64,000 nt of DNA from Ignavibacteriota bacterium (GTDB lineage: Bacteria > Bacteroidota > Ignavibacteria > UBA10030 > SZUA-254): positions 3,935-67,934 of the forward strand of contig CAVSHI010000006.1 in the NCBI GenBank assembly GCA_963727845.1. Reading direction: 5' to 3'. Positions within the stretch are counted from its first letter, which is position 1. Each line of letters begins with the position of its first letter. Under the pieces are notes generated by a model. It had not been told where the DNA came from. It saw nothing but the letters and a program-made list of their open reading frames with translations, and searched no databases. A program made the position numbers and the translations under genes. Of this stretch, positions 39,581 through 49,288 are shown in pieces.

Positions 39581-42500
39581 AAAACTTTGCTCTGCTTATG
39601 ATGTGCCTGGGACTCCAGGTTGCTTATTCCCAGGACAGCGTTGACGTGTATTTCATGTACAAATCTCCATCAAATCCGAGTATCGTGTATCTCCCAGGCG
39701 AATTTAATAACTGGGCGGACAATAACAGCGGGGTAATATATCCCAGTTCACAATGGGACATGACAAAAGATAGTGTTTCGGGGATGTGGTACAAATGGTT
39801 GCGGTTGAAGGTTGGAGGTGGTCCCACGAGTCAGGTTGCCGGCGCCTATCAGTACAAGTTCAATGAGAATGGTTGCTCTACATGCTGGCTGAATGACCCG
39901 CTGAATCAGCATGTCAACAACTCGGACAACAGTAATTCACTTATCTATGTCAAGGATCCTACGATCTTTCACTTCCTTCCGAACCAGCGCCAGCCCATTG
40001 TGAACACCGCAATGCCGGAGATATCGGCGTACATTTTCCCAAAGGTCGGGACATCGGTAGACACGGCATCCATCTCGCTGACGATTGACACGTCCACCTT
40101 CACGAATATGGGATCGGACTATAACTTCAGCACACATCGACTCATTTTCACACTTTCTTCCGCGCTTACGAACGGAAGTCATACGGCGATCCTGTATGCC
40201 CGGTCGCTGGCAGGAGGGGCGAATGCCGATACAGTCGTGTTTTACGTTGAAAGTGGATTTGTGCAGCTGCTCAATCAATCTCCACTCTCGACATGGGAAT
40301 CCAAATGGACGCTTTATGGAAGCGTGAACGACAGTACCATCACATCGGTGAACATAATTCACAACAGCACCGATACGTTCCTGGTCCCGGTAGCCGGAAA
40401 ATCGTTCACATATTCTGCATCCCTTCTGGAGGGTGCGAACGTTTTCTCCGCCGTAACGGACTCAGCTGGATCGCCAAGGGTTTCGGCGCCCGTAACGATT
40501 ATCCGTGAGGTGAATCACTCACCCTGGGCCACCATATCGCTTTCGGATTCAAGCGGCGGAATCCAGTTGAGTGCTCTCTCGAGCAGTGACCCGGATTCAG
40601 GTCAGTCGACGTTGCTCACGTACTCCTGGTCGGTCGACGCTGCAAACCCCTCTGTCATTGCCGGCGTCTCCGGTTCGACCGCGGGTCAGATTTTAGTCTC
40701 CAAACCCTCAATTCCCGGAGAATACTACTTTGGTCTCATAGCCACCGACCCTAACGGCAATAAGGATACGACGAGGAACTACTTCACTGTCAACGGCGAC
40801 GGAACTGTGTCCTATCCAACGCTGGCCAGTAATCCTTCCTGGTTGAATCGGGGCCGGATGTACCTGCTCTTTTTTAAATCGGCCACGGCAGCGGGAACGA
40901 TCAATGCCGCGTTGCCATTGCTCGACTATATCAAGGCCATGGGATACAATATCATCTGGATCATGCCTGTCATGAAGAATGCCTCTCCCATGGATAACCT
41001 GTACGGGACGGGATACAACATCGTTGATTTTTACAACGTCGCTCCGGAATACGGTTCAAATGTAGATTTCCAGAACTTTGTAGCAAGAGCGCACCAGCTG
41101 GGCATTCGAGTGATTCAGGATATCACTCCGAATCATACCAGCTCGATGCATCCGTTCGCCGGCGACATCCAGAACTTTCGGAAGAGCTCGAGGTACTGGA
41201 ATTTCTATGAGCATCAGCTCATCACGAATCCGAACTACCACCCCGACCTTACGGAGGGGTACACGGATGACAGCCTGTTCGTAGTATACTCTGCCTTCGG
41301 CGACATGCTGTTAAACTACAACTGGTCCGACCTCGATGCCCGCAAGTACATGATCGGTGTGTACAAGTGGTGGGTGAAAGAAATGGGCGTCGACGGCTTT
41401 CGCTTCGACGTTTATTGGGGACCGCACAGCCGGGCAGACGGCGGCAATGGCGGTGAGGATGAAATGGGACAGCCGGTGCGCGCGGCACTCAAGCACATCA
41501 AGCCCGACATATTTATCCTCGGAGAAACGGACGGTACCGGCATTGGCACGGAGGTCAATTATGGCGACCGGAACGGCGGTATCGACGCGGGCTATGACTG
41601 GAATCTGTTCCATAATGGCATTCAAAATTTCTATTCATCCGGTCCTCAGATCAGTGCGCTGAATTTCTACCTTCTCAACGGCGGCTCGACAACCATGGGT
41701 TTTGAGCCGGGGCCGAATGCATACTTCATGCGATTCCTGGAAGACCAGGATGAAGACCGTATCGCTTACGTCTACGGCTCACTTGCGAAGACGATGCCGG
41801 TGTCGACCATTGTGCTGACCTCTGTGGGGATTCCCCTGGTCTATTCGGGGCAGGAGCTCGGTTGGGGGCTCGGAATACCGGGCGCGAAAGAGGCGCGCAG
41901 CCGCAGCGTGATCGACTGGAACTACAGCGGGAAATCGACTCTCCAGCCGCATTATCAGAAGCTCGCCCAGATACGATCCCTGTTTTCTCCGCTCTGGACG
42001 CAACAGCAAATCAGCGTGAGTACGGGCAACGGTTTTGTCATGGGCTATACACGGCCCTTGAATGACCTGAACTGCATCGTACTTGCGAATTTTGATGCCA
42101 GTTCGCACATGTCGAGCGTTGCTCTCACGGTGGGTGGAACACCGAACGTGTTCTTCTCTCATGGCGTGGTGAACGGCCGCACGTACTACGCCAGCGACCT
42201 TTACAATGACACTGTGTACGATGTCACGTTCAACGCGGGGTCGGCGACGCTTTCCGTGAACCTTCAGGCATACGGCTCGGCCGTCATCGTACTTGACGAA
42301 ACGACGCACACACTGCTTCTTCCACCAATCACAGATGTGAAAACATCGGGGGTCGGCGTTCCCCGGCAATTTGCACTGTACCAGAATTATCCCAATCCGT
42401 TCAATCCGACGACAACAGTGTCATTTGCGATTAGTCATTCGTCATTTGTGACACTCAAGGTGTATGATGTATTGGGGCGGGAAGTCACCGCACTTGTGAA

Positions 42501-42627
42501 TGAGGTAAAGCAACCCGGCGAATACACTGTTAGGTGGAATGCGGAAGGGGTCGCAAGCGGCGTGTACTTCTACCAGCTCACATCGGACAATGCCCGGCTC
42601 ATGCGGAAAATGCTGCTTATCCGTTAA
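39577..42627 (+). CDS. GH13 alpha-amylase with an N-terminal Ig/CBM-like region and a T9SS C-terminal sorting domain
   Basis: Its ATGA start overlaps the upstream stop, and it has a signal peptide. The GH13 core is YNIIWIMPV ... region I DITPNHTS ... GVDGFRFDV ... ILGETDG. The C-terminus is FALYQNYPNPFNPTTTVSF...GVYFYQL...RKMLLIR. Confidence 0.85.
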   Translation: MKNFALLMMCLGLQVAYSQDSVDVYFMYKSPSNPSIVYLPGEFNNWADNNSGVIYPSSQWDMTKDSVSGMWYKWLRLKVGGGPTSQVAGAYQYKFNENGCSTCWLNDPLNQHVNNSDNSNSLIYVKDPTIFHFLPNQRQPIVNTAMPEISAYIFPKVGTSVDTASISLTIDTSTFTNMGSDYNFSTHRLIFTLSSALTNGSHTAILYARSLAGGANADTVVFYVESGFVQLLNQSPLSTWESKWTLYGSVNDSTITSVNIIHNSTDTFLVPVAGKSFTYSASLLEGANVFSAVTDSAGSPRVSAPVTIIREVNHSPWATISLSDSSGGIQLSALSSSDPDSGQSTLLTYSWSVDAANPSVIAGVSGSTAGQILVSKPSIPGEYYFGLIATDPNGNKDTTRNYFTVNGDGTVSYPTLASNPSWLNRGRMYLLFFKSATAAGTINAALPLLDYIKAMGYNIIWIMPVMKNASPMDNLYGTGYNIVDFYNVAPEYGSNVDFQNFVARAHQLGIRVIQDITPNHTSSMHPFAGDIQNFRKSSRYWNFYEHQLITNPNYHPDLTEGYTDDSLFVVYSAFGDMLLNYNWSDLDARKYMIGVYKWWVKEMGVDGFRFDVYWGPHSRADGGNGGEDEMGQPVRAALKHIKPDIFILGETDGTGIGTEVNYGDRNGGIDAGYDWNLFHNGIQNFYSSGPQISALNFYLLNGGSTTMGFEPGPNAYFMRFLEDQDEDRIAYVYGSLAKTMPVSTIVLTSVGIPLVYSGQELGWGLGIPGAKEARSRSVIDWNYSGKSTLQPHYQKLAQIRSLFSPLWTQQQISVSTGNGFVMGYTRPLNDLNCIVLANFDASSHMSSVALTVGGTPNVFFSHGVVNGRTYYASDLYNDTVYDVTFNAGSATLSVNLQAYGSAVIVLDETTHTLLLPPITDVKTSGVGVPRQFALYQNYPNPFNPTTTVSFAISHSSFVTLKVYDVLGREVTALVNEVKQPGEYTVRWNAEGVASGVYFYQLTSDNARLMRKMLLIR

Positions 42628-42644
42628 TCGTCCGACGCTTTCAC

Positions 42645-43898
42645 TTGTCTGCGAAGATTACATCTTGCCACGTTTCCGGACCCCTCAAGGGACTTCTCTT
42701 TCTCCTTGTGATAGTTTCGCTGAACGCCTGCACGCGCCACGTTGACCCGCATCGGATTGTCATCTGGCATCAGATGCGCGTGGACGAGCGCGAGATTCTC
42801 GAAGACCAGATGAACCAATTCATGAAACTCCACCCCGATGTCCGAGTTGAGGCCGTCTACAAGGAGACCGAAGAATTGCGTTCCGGCTTCATTGTTGCCG
42901 CGATTGCAGGCCAGGGCCCCGATTTGGTGTACGGTCCATCCGACCAGGTCGGCCCGTTCCAGGTAATGAACATCATCGTTCCTCTGGACACTCTTTTTGA
43001 AAAAGCGTGGCTGGATTCATTTAATCCCAAGGCGCTGACGTGGTACAAGGGACATCTCTACCAGATTGCCGATAAGCTGGGGAATCATCTTACGCTTGTG
43101 TACAACAGGAAAATTGTCCAGAAACCGCCCGAGACGGATGTCGAGCTGATCGATCTGTGCAAGAAGCTCATGGTGTATAAAGACGGCAAGGTTGAGCGGT
43201 ACGGTTTGGTCTGGAATTACACCGAGCCCTACTTCTACATACCGTTCCTGAGCGGTTTCGGGGGATGGGTGATGAATGACAGCGGCGTCCCGACGCTTAA
43301 CTCTGAGAGCAATATCGAAGGATTACAGTTTATCAAGGATCTCCGCGACAAGTACCAGATCATTCCTGCCGAAGCCGATTACAACGTCGCGGATGCGCTT
43401 TTCAAAGACGGGAAAGCGGCAATGATCATCAACGGTGATTGGTCCTGGTCGGGATACCGGAAATCGGGAATCGACATCGGGGTCGCGCCGCTTCCGAAAA
43501 TCAGCAAGACCGGTCTGTGGTGTGCGCCGATGATTTCTCCGAAGGGATATTCGATCAACATCAATGTCCCCAGGGAAAAACTCCCGTTGATTGTGGAGTT
43601 CCTGAAATTCATGATGCAACCGGAGATTCAATTGCAGACGGCGAAGGCGCTCACAACAATGCCGACGCGGACGTCGCTCTACGACGATCCGTTCATCAAA
43701 AACGACGACATTCTCATCAATTCGGAGAAACAAATCGAGCGGGGCAGACCGATGCCGGTTGTGCCTGAATTGCGCGCAATCTGGGATGCGATGAGGCCCA
43801 GTTACCAGGCCGTCCTTGGCGGTGCGATAACGCCGCGGCAGGCCGCTTATGACATGCAGATCACGGCAATACGAAAGATCGCGGAGATGAATGAGTAG
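42645..43898 (+). CDS. malE: maltose/maltodextrin-type ABC transporter substrate-binding lipoprotein (MalE-like, SBP family 1)
   Basis: It has a lipoprotein signal (LLFLLVIVSLNAC). The fold is family-1 SBP-like across the protein. The likely start is TTG 42645 in frame; the earlier part of ORF 42534-43898 overlaps the previous gene. Confidence 0.7.
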   Translation: MSAKITSCHVSGPLKGLLFLLVIVSLNACTRHVDPHRIVIWHQMRVDEREILEDQMNQFMKLHPDVRVEAVYKETEELRSGFIVAAIAGQGPDLVYGPSDQVGPFQVMNIIVPLDTLFEKAWLDSFNPKALTWYKGHLYQIADKLGNHLTLVYNRKIVQKPPETDVELIDLCKKLMVYKDGKVERYGLVWNYTEPYFYIPFLSGFGGWVMNDSGVPTLNSESNIEGLQFIKDLRDKYQIIPAEADYNVADALFKDGKAAMIINGDWSWSGYRKSGIDIGVAPLPKISKTGLWCAPMISPKGYSININVPREKLPLIVEFLKFMMQPEIQLQTAKALTTMPTRTSLYDDPFIKNDDILINSEKQIERGRPMPVVPELRAIWDAMRPSYQAVLGGAITPRQAAYDMQITAIRKIAEMNE

Positions 43899-44118
43899 TT
43901 AGGTCGTTGAATAGTTGGGTAGTTAAGTAGTTGAGATAAAGAGATGCCAGAACATTTTTTAATTTTTCATTTTTAATTTTGAATTGTTAGCAAAAAGCTC
44001 AAGGCCAGAACCAGGAACTAATGACCTATGAATAATGAGCAACGAGTAAAGCCAAATGACTAATGACCGATAACGAAGAACCAAGAACCAATAACCAAGA
44101 ACGCTTCTTCACAATGAC
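43899..44118. repeat. AT-rich low-complexity spacer between malE and malF, with a 15-bp tandem direct repeat (CATTTTTTAATTTTT / CATTTTTAATTTTGA) and reiterated TAGTT and AACCAAGAAC motifs
   Basis: The repeats are visible in the sequence. The composition contrasts with the flanking GC-rich DNA. Confidence 0.5.
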
Positions 44119-45012
44119 ATGAACAGAGTGTACCGAAATATTTTCATAGTGTTGTTTGTCGCGCCGGCGTTCCTTATCCTTTTCGGGGTCGTGTTCTATC
44201 CGTTTCTGTACAACGTCGTTATCTCCTTTTCCAATATGAACCTGAGCCATATCAAGGATTGGCATCTCATCGGGTTCAAACAATACGCCAAGGTGTTTAC
44301 GGAGACCACGGAACCGAATTTTTATCAAATTTTCGTCAAGACGATCATCTGGACGGTGGTGAATGTTTTGTTCCATGTCGTGTTCGGCGTTTTCCTTGCG
44401 CTGCTGCTGAATCAGAAGATCCGAGGCCGATCGGTGTACCGGACGCTCCTAATCCTGCCATGGGCGATTCCACAGTACATTGTTGCATTGACGTGGCGCG
44501 GAATGTTCAATTATGAGTACGGTTCCATTAATCTCGTCATCACAAAATATCTTCATTTGCCTGCGGTAGAATGGCTCAAGAGTCCGACCGAGGCATTTCT
44601 CGCCTGCATTTTCACAAATGTCTGGCTCGGCTTTCCGTTTATGATGGTTGTTGCGCTCGGGGCGCTCCAGAGTATCCCGCATGAATTGTATGAGGCCGCG
44701 GATATTGACGGGGCTTCCTGGTATCACAAATTGCGCAACATAACGCTTCCTCTCATTCGGCCTGTCATGGTCCCGGCAATCACGCTGGGGATCGTGTGGA
44801 CGTTCAATAATCTGAATATCGTTTGGCTGGTCAGCAATGCCGGCGAACCGTCCGACAAGACGCACATTCTCGTCTCATTTGTGTACAAAGCCGCATTCAA
44901 TCTGTACCGGTACGGGTATGCAGCGGCAATGTCGATGGTTATATTCTTCATTCTCCTGATCTTCAGTGTGGCATTCATGCGAAAAGCACGGGCCACGGAG
45001 GCGGCGTACTGA
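44119..45012 (+). CDS. malF: carbohydrate ABC transporter permease (MalF-like)
   Basis: It has six TM segments. The ABC permease EAA-like loop is ALQSIPHELYEAADIDGASWYHKLRNITLPLIRP. Confidence 0.8.
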   Translation: MNRVYRNIFIVLFVAPAFLILFGVVFYPFLYNVVISFSNMNLSHIKDWHLIGFKQYAKVFTETTEPNFYQIFVKTIIWTVVNVLFHVVFGVFLALLLNQKIRGRSVYRTLLILPWAIPQYIVALTWRGMFNYEYGSINLVITKYLHLPAVEWLKSPTEAFLACIFTNVWLGFPFMMVVALGALQSIPHELYEAADIDGASWYHKLRNITLPLIRPVMVPAITLGIVWTFNNLNIVWLVSNAGEPSDKTHILVSFVYKAAFNLYRYGYAAAMSMVIFFILLIFSVAFMRKARATEAAY

Positions 45013-45061
45013 TGATCTCGGATTGTGGAATGAGGATTGTGGATTACAAGAACTGACGAAG

Positions 45062-45904
45062 ATGAAAGCGAGAAAAATAAAAAGGCTCTCTGTCAGGATA
45101 CTGACGCACATTATCCTTCTTGTGTTTGTTGTTATCGCGGTCTATCCCGTGCTTCAGGTCGTGACGATTTCTTTGCGCCCTACGGATAAACTCCTCTCGA
45201 CCTCCCTGGAGATCATTCCCCGCGGGGCGACACTGAGATCCTACGTGTCGCTCTTTACCGAACGGCCGTTCCTTCTCTGGGTAAGCAACAGCGCGCTCGT
45301 ATCCGTTACCGTCACGCTCACCGGAGTCATCTTGGCGGCGATGGCCGGCTACGCATTTTCCCGGTTCAGCTTCATCGGCAAGAGGGCGGGATTGTTGAGC
45401 CTGCTCGTCACACAGATGTTTCCTGCCACGATGCTGCTGCTGCCGCTGTACATTATGTTGATTTACTTCGGGTTGATCAACACCTATTTCGGCTTAATCG
45501 TCACGTACACGGCGACGGCGCTTCCATTTTGCATCTGGACGATGAAGGGATACTACGATACGATTCCAACAAGCCTCGAAGAAGCCGCCCGCATTGACGG
45601 GTGCAATCAATTCCAGGCATTCTACAAGATCATTTTGCCGCTCGCGGCCCCGGCACTGGTGATCACCGGGTTGTTTTCGTTCATGACGGCGTGGTCGGAG
45701 TACATCGTTGCAGCTCAGATATTGCAGGATTCGGCGTTGTGGACTCTTCCGCTCGGGCTGAAGTCGTTTGAGTCCAACATGTCGACCGAGTGGGGATTGT
45801 ACGGTGCGGCATCCCTCGTTGTGATGGTTCCGGTGGTTGTTCTGTTTCTTGTCCTGAGCCGGTGGCTGGTTTCCGGACTCACGCTCGGGAGCGTAAAGGG
45901 GTAG
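45062..45904 (+). CDS. malG: carbohydrate ABC transporter permease (MalG-like)
   Basis: ATG 45062 (MKARKIKRLS) is preferred. The EAA motif is LEEAARIDGCNQFQAFYKIILPLAAP. Confidence 0.8.
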   Translation: MKARKIKRLSVRILTHIILLVFVVIAVYPVLQVVTISLRPTDKLLSTSLEIIPRGATLRSYVSLFTERPFLLWVSNSALVSVTVTLTGVILAAMAGYAFSRFSFIGKRAGLLSLLVTQMFPATMLLLPLYIMLIYFGLINTYFGLIVTYTATALPFCIWTMKGYYDTIPTSLEEAARIDGCNQFQAFYKIILPLAAPALVITGLFSFMTAWSEYIVAAQILQDSALWTLPLGLKSFESNMSTEWGLYGAASLVVMVPVVVLFLVLSRWLVSGLTLGSVKG

Positions 45905-45907
45905 GCC

Positions 45908-47101
45908 TCAACGGGCCGGAAAGAAGTACTCCAGAATCTCTCTGATTTTTGCCCGCCAGTTTGTCCAGTTATGCCCTTCGGGGAATTCCGCGTAGTGCAC
46001 GCGGGCGCCTCTCCGCTCCAGCAAGTTGCTGACAAGCCTCGCTTCAATTTCGGTGTCGTGAATTGTTCCTGTTCCGATGTAGGCGTTGATATCGGCTTTT
46101 GAAATTGTCCGAAGGAGCTTGATGACCGCGCTATCGGCCTGGAAGTACGCCGGAGATTGCGCGGCAAAGTTAACGAATTGTTCCGGCTGTTTTAGCGCGA
46201 TGTACGTTGCCATCAGACCTCCCATCGACGCCCCCATGATCGCGCGCTTGCCTGCCGAATCCAGTGCCAGGTAGTTCTTGTTGATGAACGGAATAAGCTC
46301 CTGTGACAGGAAAAGCAGGAATGTGTCGCTCGCCCCGTAATCCGACATGCGATAGTTCGTGGTGCTGTTGTGCAGGTCGGTTCGAGGGTCGACGAATATG
46401 CCGAGAACTGGCTCAATCTTATGCGCGGAGATCAGATTGTCGAGGACAATGTTCATCCTGCCCAGCGAGAGATATTCGCCTCCGTCAAGGACGTAGACTG
46501 CCGGGAGTCCTTTCCTTCCGGATTCGCCCGGGGGGACATAGACGAAGACCGGATGGGTCCGGTTCAAAATCTTGCTGACAAACCAGATCGTATCGATTCT
46601 TCCGTGGGGGACATTCTGGCTCTCCTCAATGTCTTTCGCCGGAATATACTCGGGCATCCACAGGTCCGAATTTTCTCCGAGTCCGCCAACTGACCGCAGC
46701 GGGTTCAGGGGATCAAGGATCCAGGTGCTGTCGACCCACAACTTGTACTCCACTCTGCCGTCGATCGGAATTTTTTCCTTACGCAAAAAGAGATCGGTCT
46801 CCTCGACGCGGTGCATCATCGCAGCGGAAGGATTCCAGTGGTTCAATTCACCCGGGACTGCCACGGCGTGGCCGTGCCCGCGGTAGAGAAAATACGCAGT
46901 GTTGCCCTCAACGACCGGAACTTTCGCATTGGCAAGATACTCTGTAATGAGTTGGGACCTTGAGACACTGTCGTGGGCTTCATGAAGTTTGGCGAGAAAC
47001 GATTCGAACGATTGACCCGCCCCGCCGGGGGGGGCTTGCAGGTTGGAACCTTGAGCGATAGCGAGAAGCGATACGAACATCGCGAAAAGCCCTCTTATCA
47101 T
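45908..47101 (-). CDS. secreted esterase (esterase-D/enterochelin-esterase-type alpha/beta hydrolase) with an N-terminal glycogen-binding-like beta-sandwich
   Basis: It has a signal peptide. The N-domain is AYFLYRGHGHAVAVPGELNHWNP ... VEYKLWVD. The catalytic region is AIMGASMGGLMATYIAL. Confidence 0.7.
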   Translation of the reverse strand: MIRGLFAMFVSLLAIAQGSNLQAPPGGAGQSFESFLAKLHEAHDSVSRSQLITEYLANAKVPVVEGNTAYFLYRGHGHAVAVPGELNHWNPSAAMMHRVEETDLFLRKEKIPIDGRVEYKLWVDSTWILDPLNPLRSVGGLGENSDLWMPEYIPAKDIEESQNVPHGRIDTIWFVSKILNRTHPVFVYVPPGESGRKGLPAVYVLDGGEYLSLGRMNIVLDNLISAHKIEPVLGIFVDPRTDLHNSTTNYRMSDYGASDTFLLFLSQELIPFINKNYLALDSAGKRAIMGASMGGLMATYIALKQPEQFVNFAAQSPAYFQADSAVIKLLRTISKADINAYIGTGTIHDTEIEARLVSNLLERRGARVHYAEFPEGHNWTNWRAKIREILEYFFPAR

Positions 47102-47292
47102 GGTTGGGTAATTATAGCAACTTCAGGATAGAAATGCAAGTGGTTCAGAATGCGTCGAGCGGGAAATCGCTGTTTTCACTTCCGTGCTGGAAGTCTCGGG
47201 ACCCATCGTGGAACGGTTTCGCGATAATCCTCGTACAACTGAGAACCTTCATCCCGTCCGGTCTCCATGTGGGTTAACGGGAGCTCGCAGTA

Positions 47293-48450
47293 CTAGTAGA
47301 GGAACATCGGCTTTCCGAGCAGGTGGACGACTCTCGGACGGTAATGATCTTTGTCGTACAGCTCGTCCACGTCGACCCGCTTTTTGCCTTCTGTGATGAT
47401 GTTCGCGGAGACGGTCGTGTATTTCCCGTCGCGTAACGCTACCATCCGGCCCGATTGCTTTTTCAGCAGGAGGTCGGTCGCAAGATATCCGTAGCTTGTC
47501 GAAACCATCCGGTCGAGTGCGTCGGGTTCGCCGCTGCGCATCAGGTACGCAAGCTGCTGGAAGATTGTCCTGACGCCCGATCGCGCTTCAATTTCCTTGC
47601 TTACGTAATCTCCGATGCCGCCGAGTTTTTTATGTCCGTAAGCGTCTGCCTCGCCCGACATGACCATCTCTCCGCCCACCGGCTTCGCGCCTTCTGAAAT
47701 TGTCATGATGGCGTAGTGGCTGGGATTGTTCGCCCGGTCATCGAGGAGGAATTTCACGAGCCTGTCGACATCAAATTCCACCTCTGAAATAATCGCGCGG
47801 TCGACACCGGCCAGGTAGGCTGAAATGAGCGACGTCTCGCCGGAATATCGCCCGAAGAGCTCGATGACTGCGATGCGCTCGTGCGAGCCGGTGGGAGTGC
47901 GAAGGGAGTGGATGAAATCCACGCTTCGCGTTACCGCGGTCGAGAATCCGAGGCAGTAGTCTGTCCCGTATACATCGTTGTCCATCGTTTTTGGAATGCA
48001 CACGACCGGAAAGCCTTCTTTGTGTAGCCGGACAGCGTAGCTCAGGGTATCGTCTCCGCCGATGGCGATCAGAGCGTCGAGCTTCAGATGTTCGAGCACC
48101 CGGAGTGCATGCTTTGTGCAATCGATGGGGCTGTCTTTGTCTGTCCCCCCAAATGTGGCTTTCAAGAACTCCGGCAGCTCCTTGGGTTTCACTTTCCCCG
48201 GGTTGGTACGCGACGTGTGAAGATAGGTGCCCCCGGTTCTGTCGATCGTTCTCGTATTTGATTTCGTCAAGGGTATGATATGTTGTTCCTGGGATTGTGG
48301 ATCGTCGGGATCGAAATGCAGCAACCCGGCCCAGCCGCGCCTGAATCCGAACATCAGATGATCTTCATCCGTGGCACGATAAACAGCCGCTTTGATACAC
48401 GGGTTAAGCCCCGGTACGTCACCGCCGCCTGTTAATATTCCAATACGCAT
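47293..48450 (-). CDS. pfk: 6-phosphofructokinase (PFK family; the GGDD motif suggests a PPi-dependent type)
   Basis: PFK motifs are present: [19 protein letters not shown]; IGGDDTL; PKTMDNDV. Confidence 0.85.
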   Translation of the reverse strand: MRIGILTGGGDVPGLNPCIKAAVYRATDEDHLMFGFRRGWAGLLHFDPDDPQSQEQHIIPLTKSNTRTIDRTGGTYLHTSRTNPGKVKPKELPEFLKATFGGTDKDSPIDCTKHALRVLEHLKLDALIAIGGDDTLSYAVRLHKEGFPVVCIPKTMDNDVYGTDYCLGFSTAVTRSVDFIHSLRTPTGSHERIAVIELFGRYSGETSLISAYLAGVDRAIISEVEFDVDRLVKFLLDDRANNPSHYAIMTISEGAKPVGGEMVMSGEADAYGHKKLGGIGDYVSKEIEARSGVRTIFQQLAYLMRSGEPDALDRMVSTSYGYLATDLLLKKQSGRMVALRDGKYTTVSANIITEGKKRVDVDELYDKDHYRPRVVHLLGKPMFLY

Positions 48451-48570
48451 AAATTTCCTCTGTTAGTTAGTACTTTGTTTTCAAAAGATAGTGGATACTC
48501 GATGCAAAAGTGTGTGAACACGGTACCGAATAGAGGTTACCAACTGTAATTTAGCTTAAAATCGAGACTT

Positions 48571-49101
48571 CTACAAATTGCCCGGTGAGTCGATCTTGAG
48601 TGCCAGCCTTCTGGCGAGATACCACACGATTGCGATATTCACAATTAATAGAACTGTCCTGGGTATTCTTAGATGAATTGATACTTCATAGATTTCCGAT
48701 GGTATAAGGAGAGCCGTCGTAGCCACGGTGAGGTATTCCGCCCACCGTTTTTTCATCAGCAACCCGATGCCCTCGACGGTGAAGATCGTCGCGTAGACGA
48801 ACGACCCGGCGCCGATCGCTTCGAGGTTCCGCGGGTCGAGCAGGGTGAGTTTCGTCATTAGCTTCTGAAGGTATCGATTCCCGGGGTCGACATGGATGAA
48901 CGCCACCCATTTCCCGACCTCTTCTGCGATATCCCTGTTTACCAGACTCAGAGCTCCCACGGCCACGATAGCCAACAGCACGGCTTTGAAAAGTTTGAAA
49001 AGCGCGATGAGGAAAATTACTCTGAAACTTTTGGCTGAAGATGGGTGAGAGTGAGATTCAATCCGTTGCTGGATCACGTTCATCCATTCGGCATCATTCA
49101 A
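48571..49101 (-). CDS. DUF2127-like small membrane protein
   Basis: It has four hydrophobic segments. A conserved C-terminal segment (AEYLTVATTALLIPSEIYEV) is typical of the family. Confidence 0.5.
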   Translation of the reverse strand: MNDAEWMNVIQQRIESHSHPSSAKSFRVIFLIALFKLFKAVLLAIVAVGALSLVNRDIAEEVGKWVAFIHVDPGNRYLQKLMTKLTLLDPRNLEAIGAGSFVYATIFTVEGIGLLMKKRWAEYLTVATTALLIPSEIYEVSIHLRIPRTVLLIVNIAIVWYLARRLALKIDSPGNL

Positions 49102-49112
49102 ATCATTCCTTT

Positions 49113-49150
49113 ATCAGCGTGATCAGCGGTCATCAGCGGTCTCAGCGGTC
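49113..49150. repeat. four tandem copies of a 10-bp repeat (ATCAGCGGTC) in the divergent promoter region between the DUF2127-like and aldo/keto-reductase genes
   Basis: The copies read atcagcgtg, atcagcggtc, atcagcggtc, tcagcggtc. Confidence 0.7.
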
Positions 49151-49288
49151 AAATATACGGAAACATTCTTTCGTTATCAATTTGACGGGAATTTGGCGGG
49201 ATACCGGCGTGAGGGTTGTAATTAAACCCAAAGTTCAGTACATTTTCTAGGGCATTGTGTCTCGACCGTTCATCGGAAGGAATATGAA

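Noticed and set aside
43899-44118. Small ORFs in the malE-malF spacer and in other intergenic regions, for example 13750-14115, 13801-14181 and 44026-44376
   Set aside because: They overlap repeat-rich non-coding DNA, have poor codon structure and lack start contexts.
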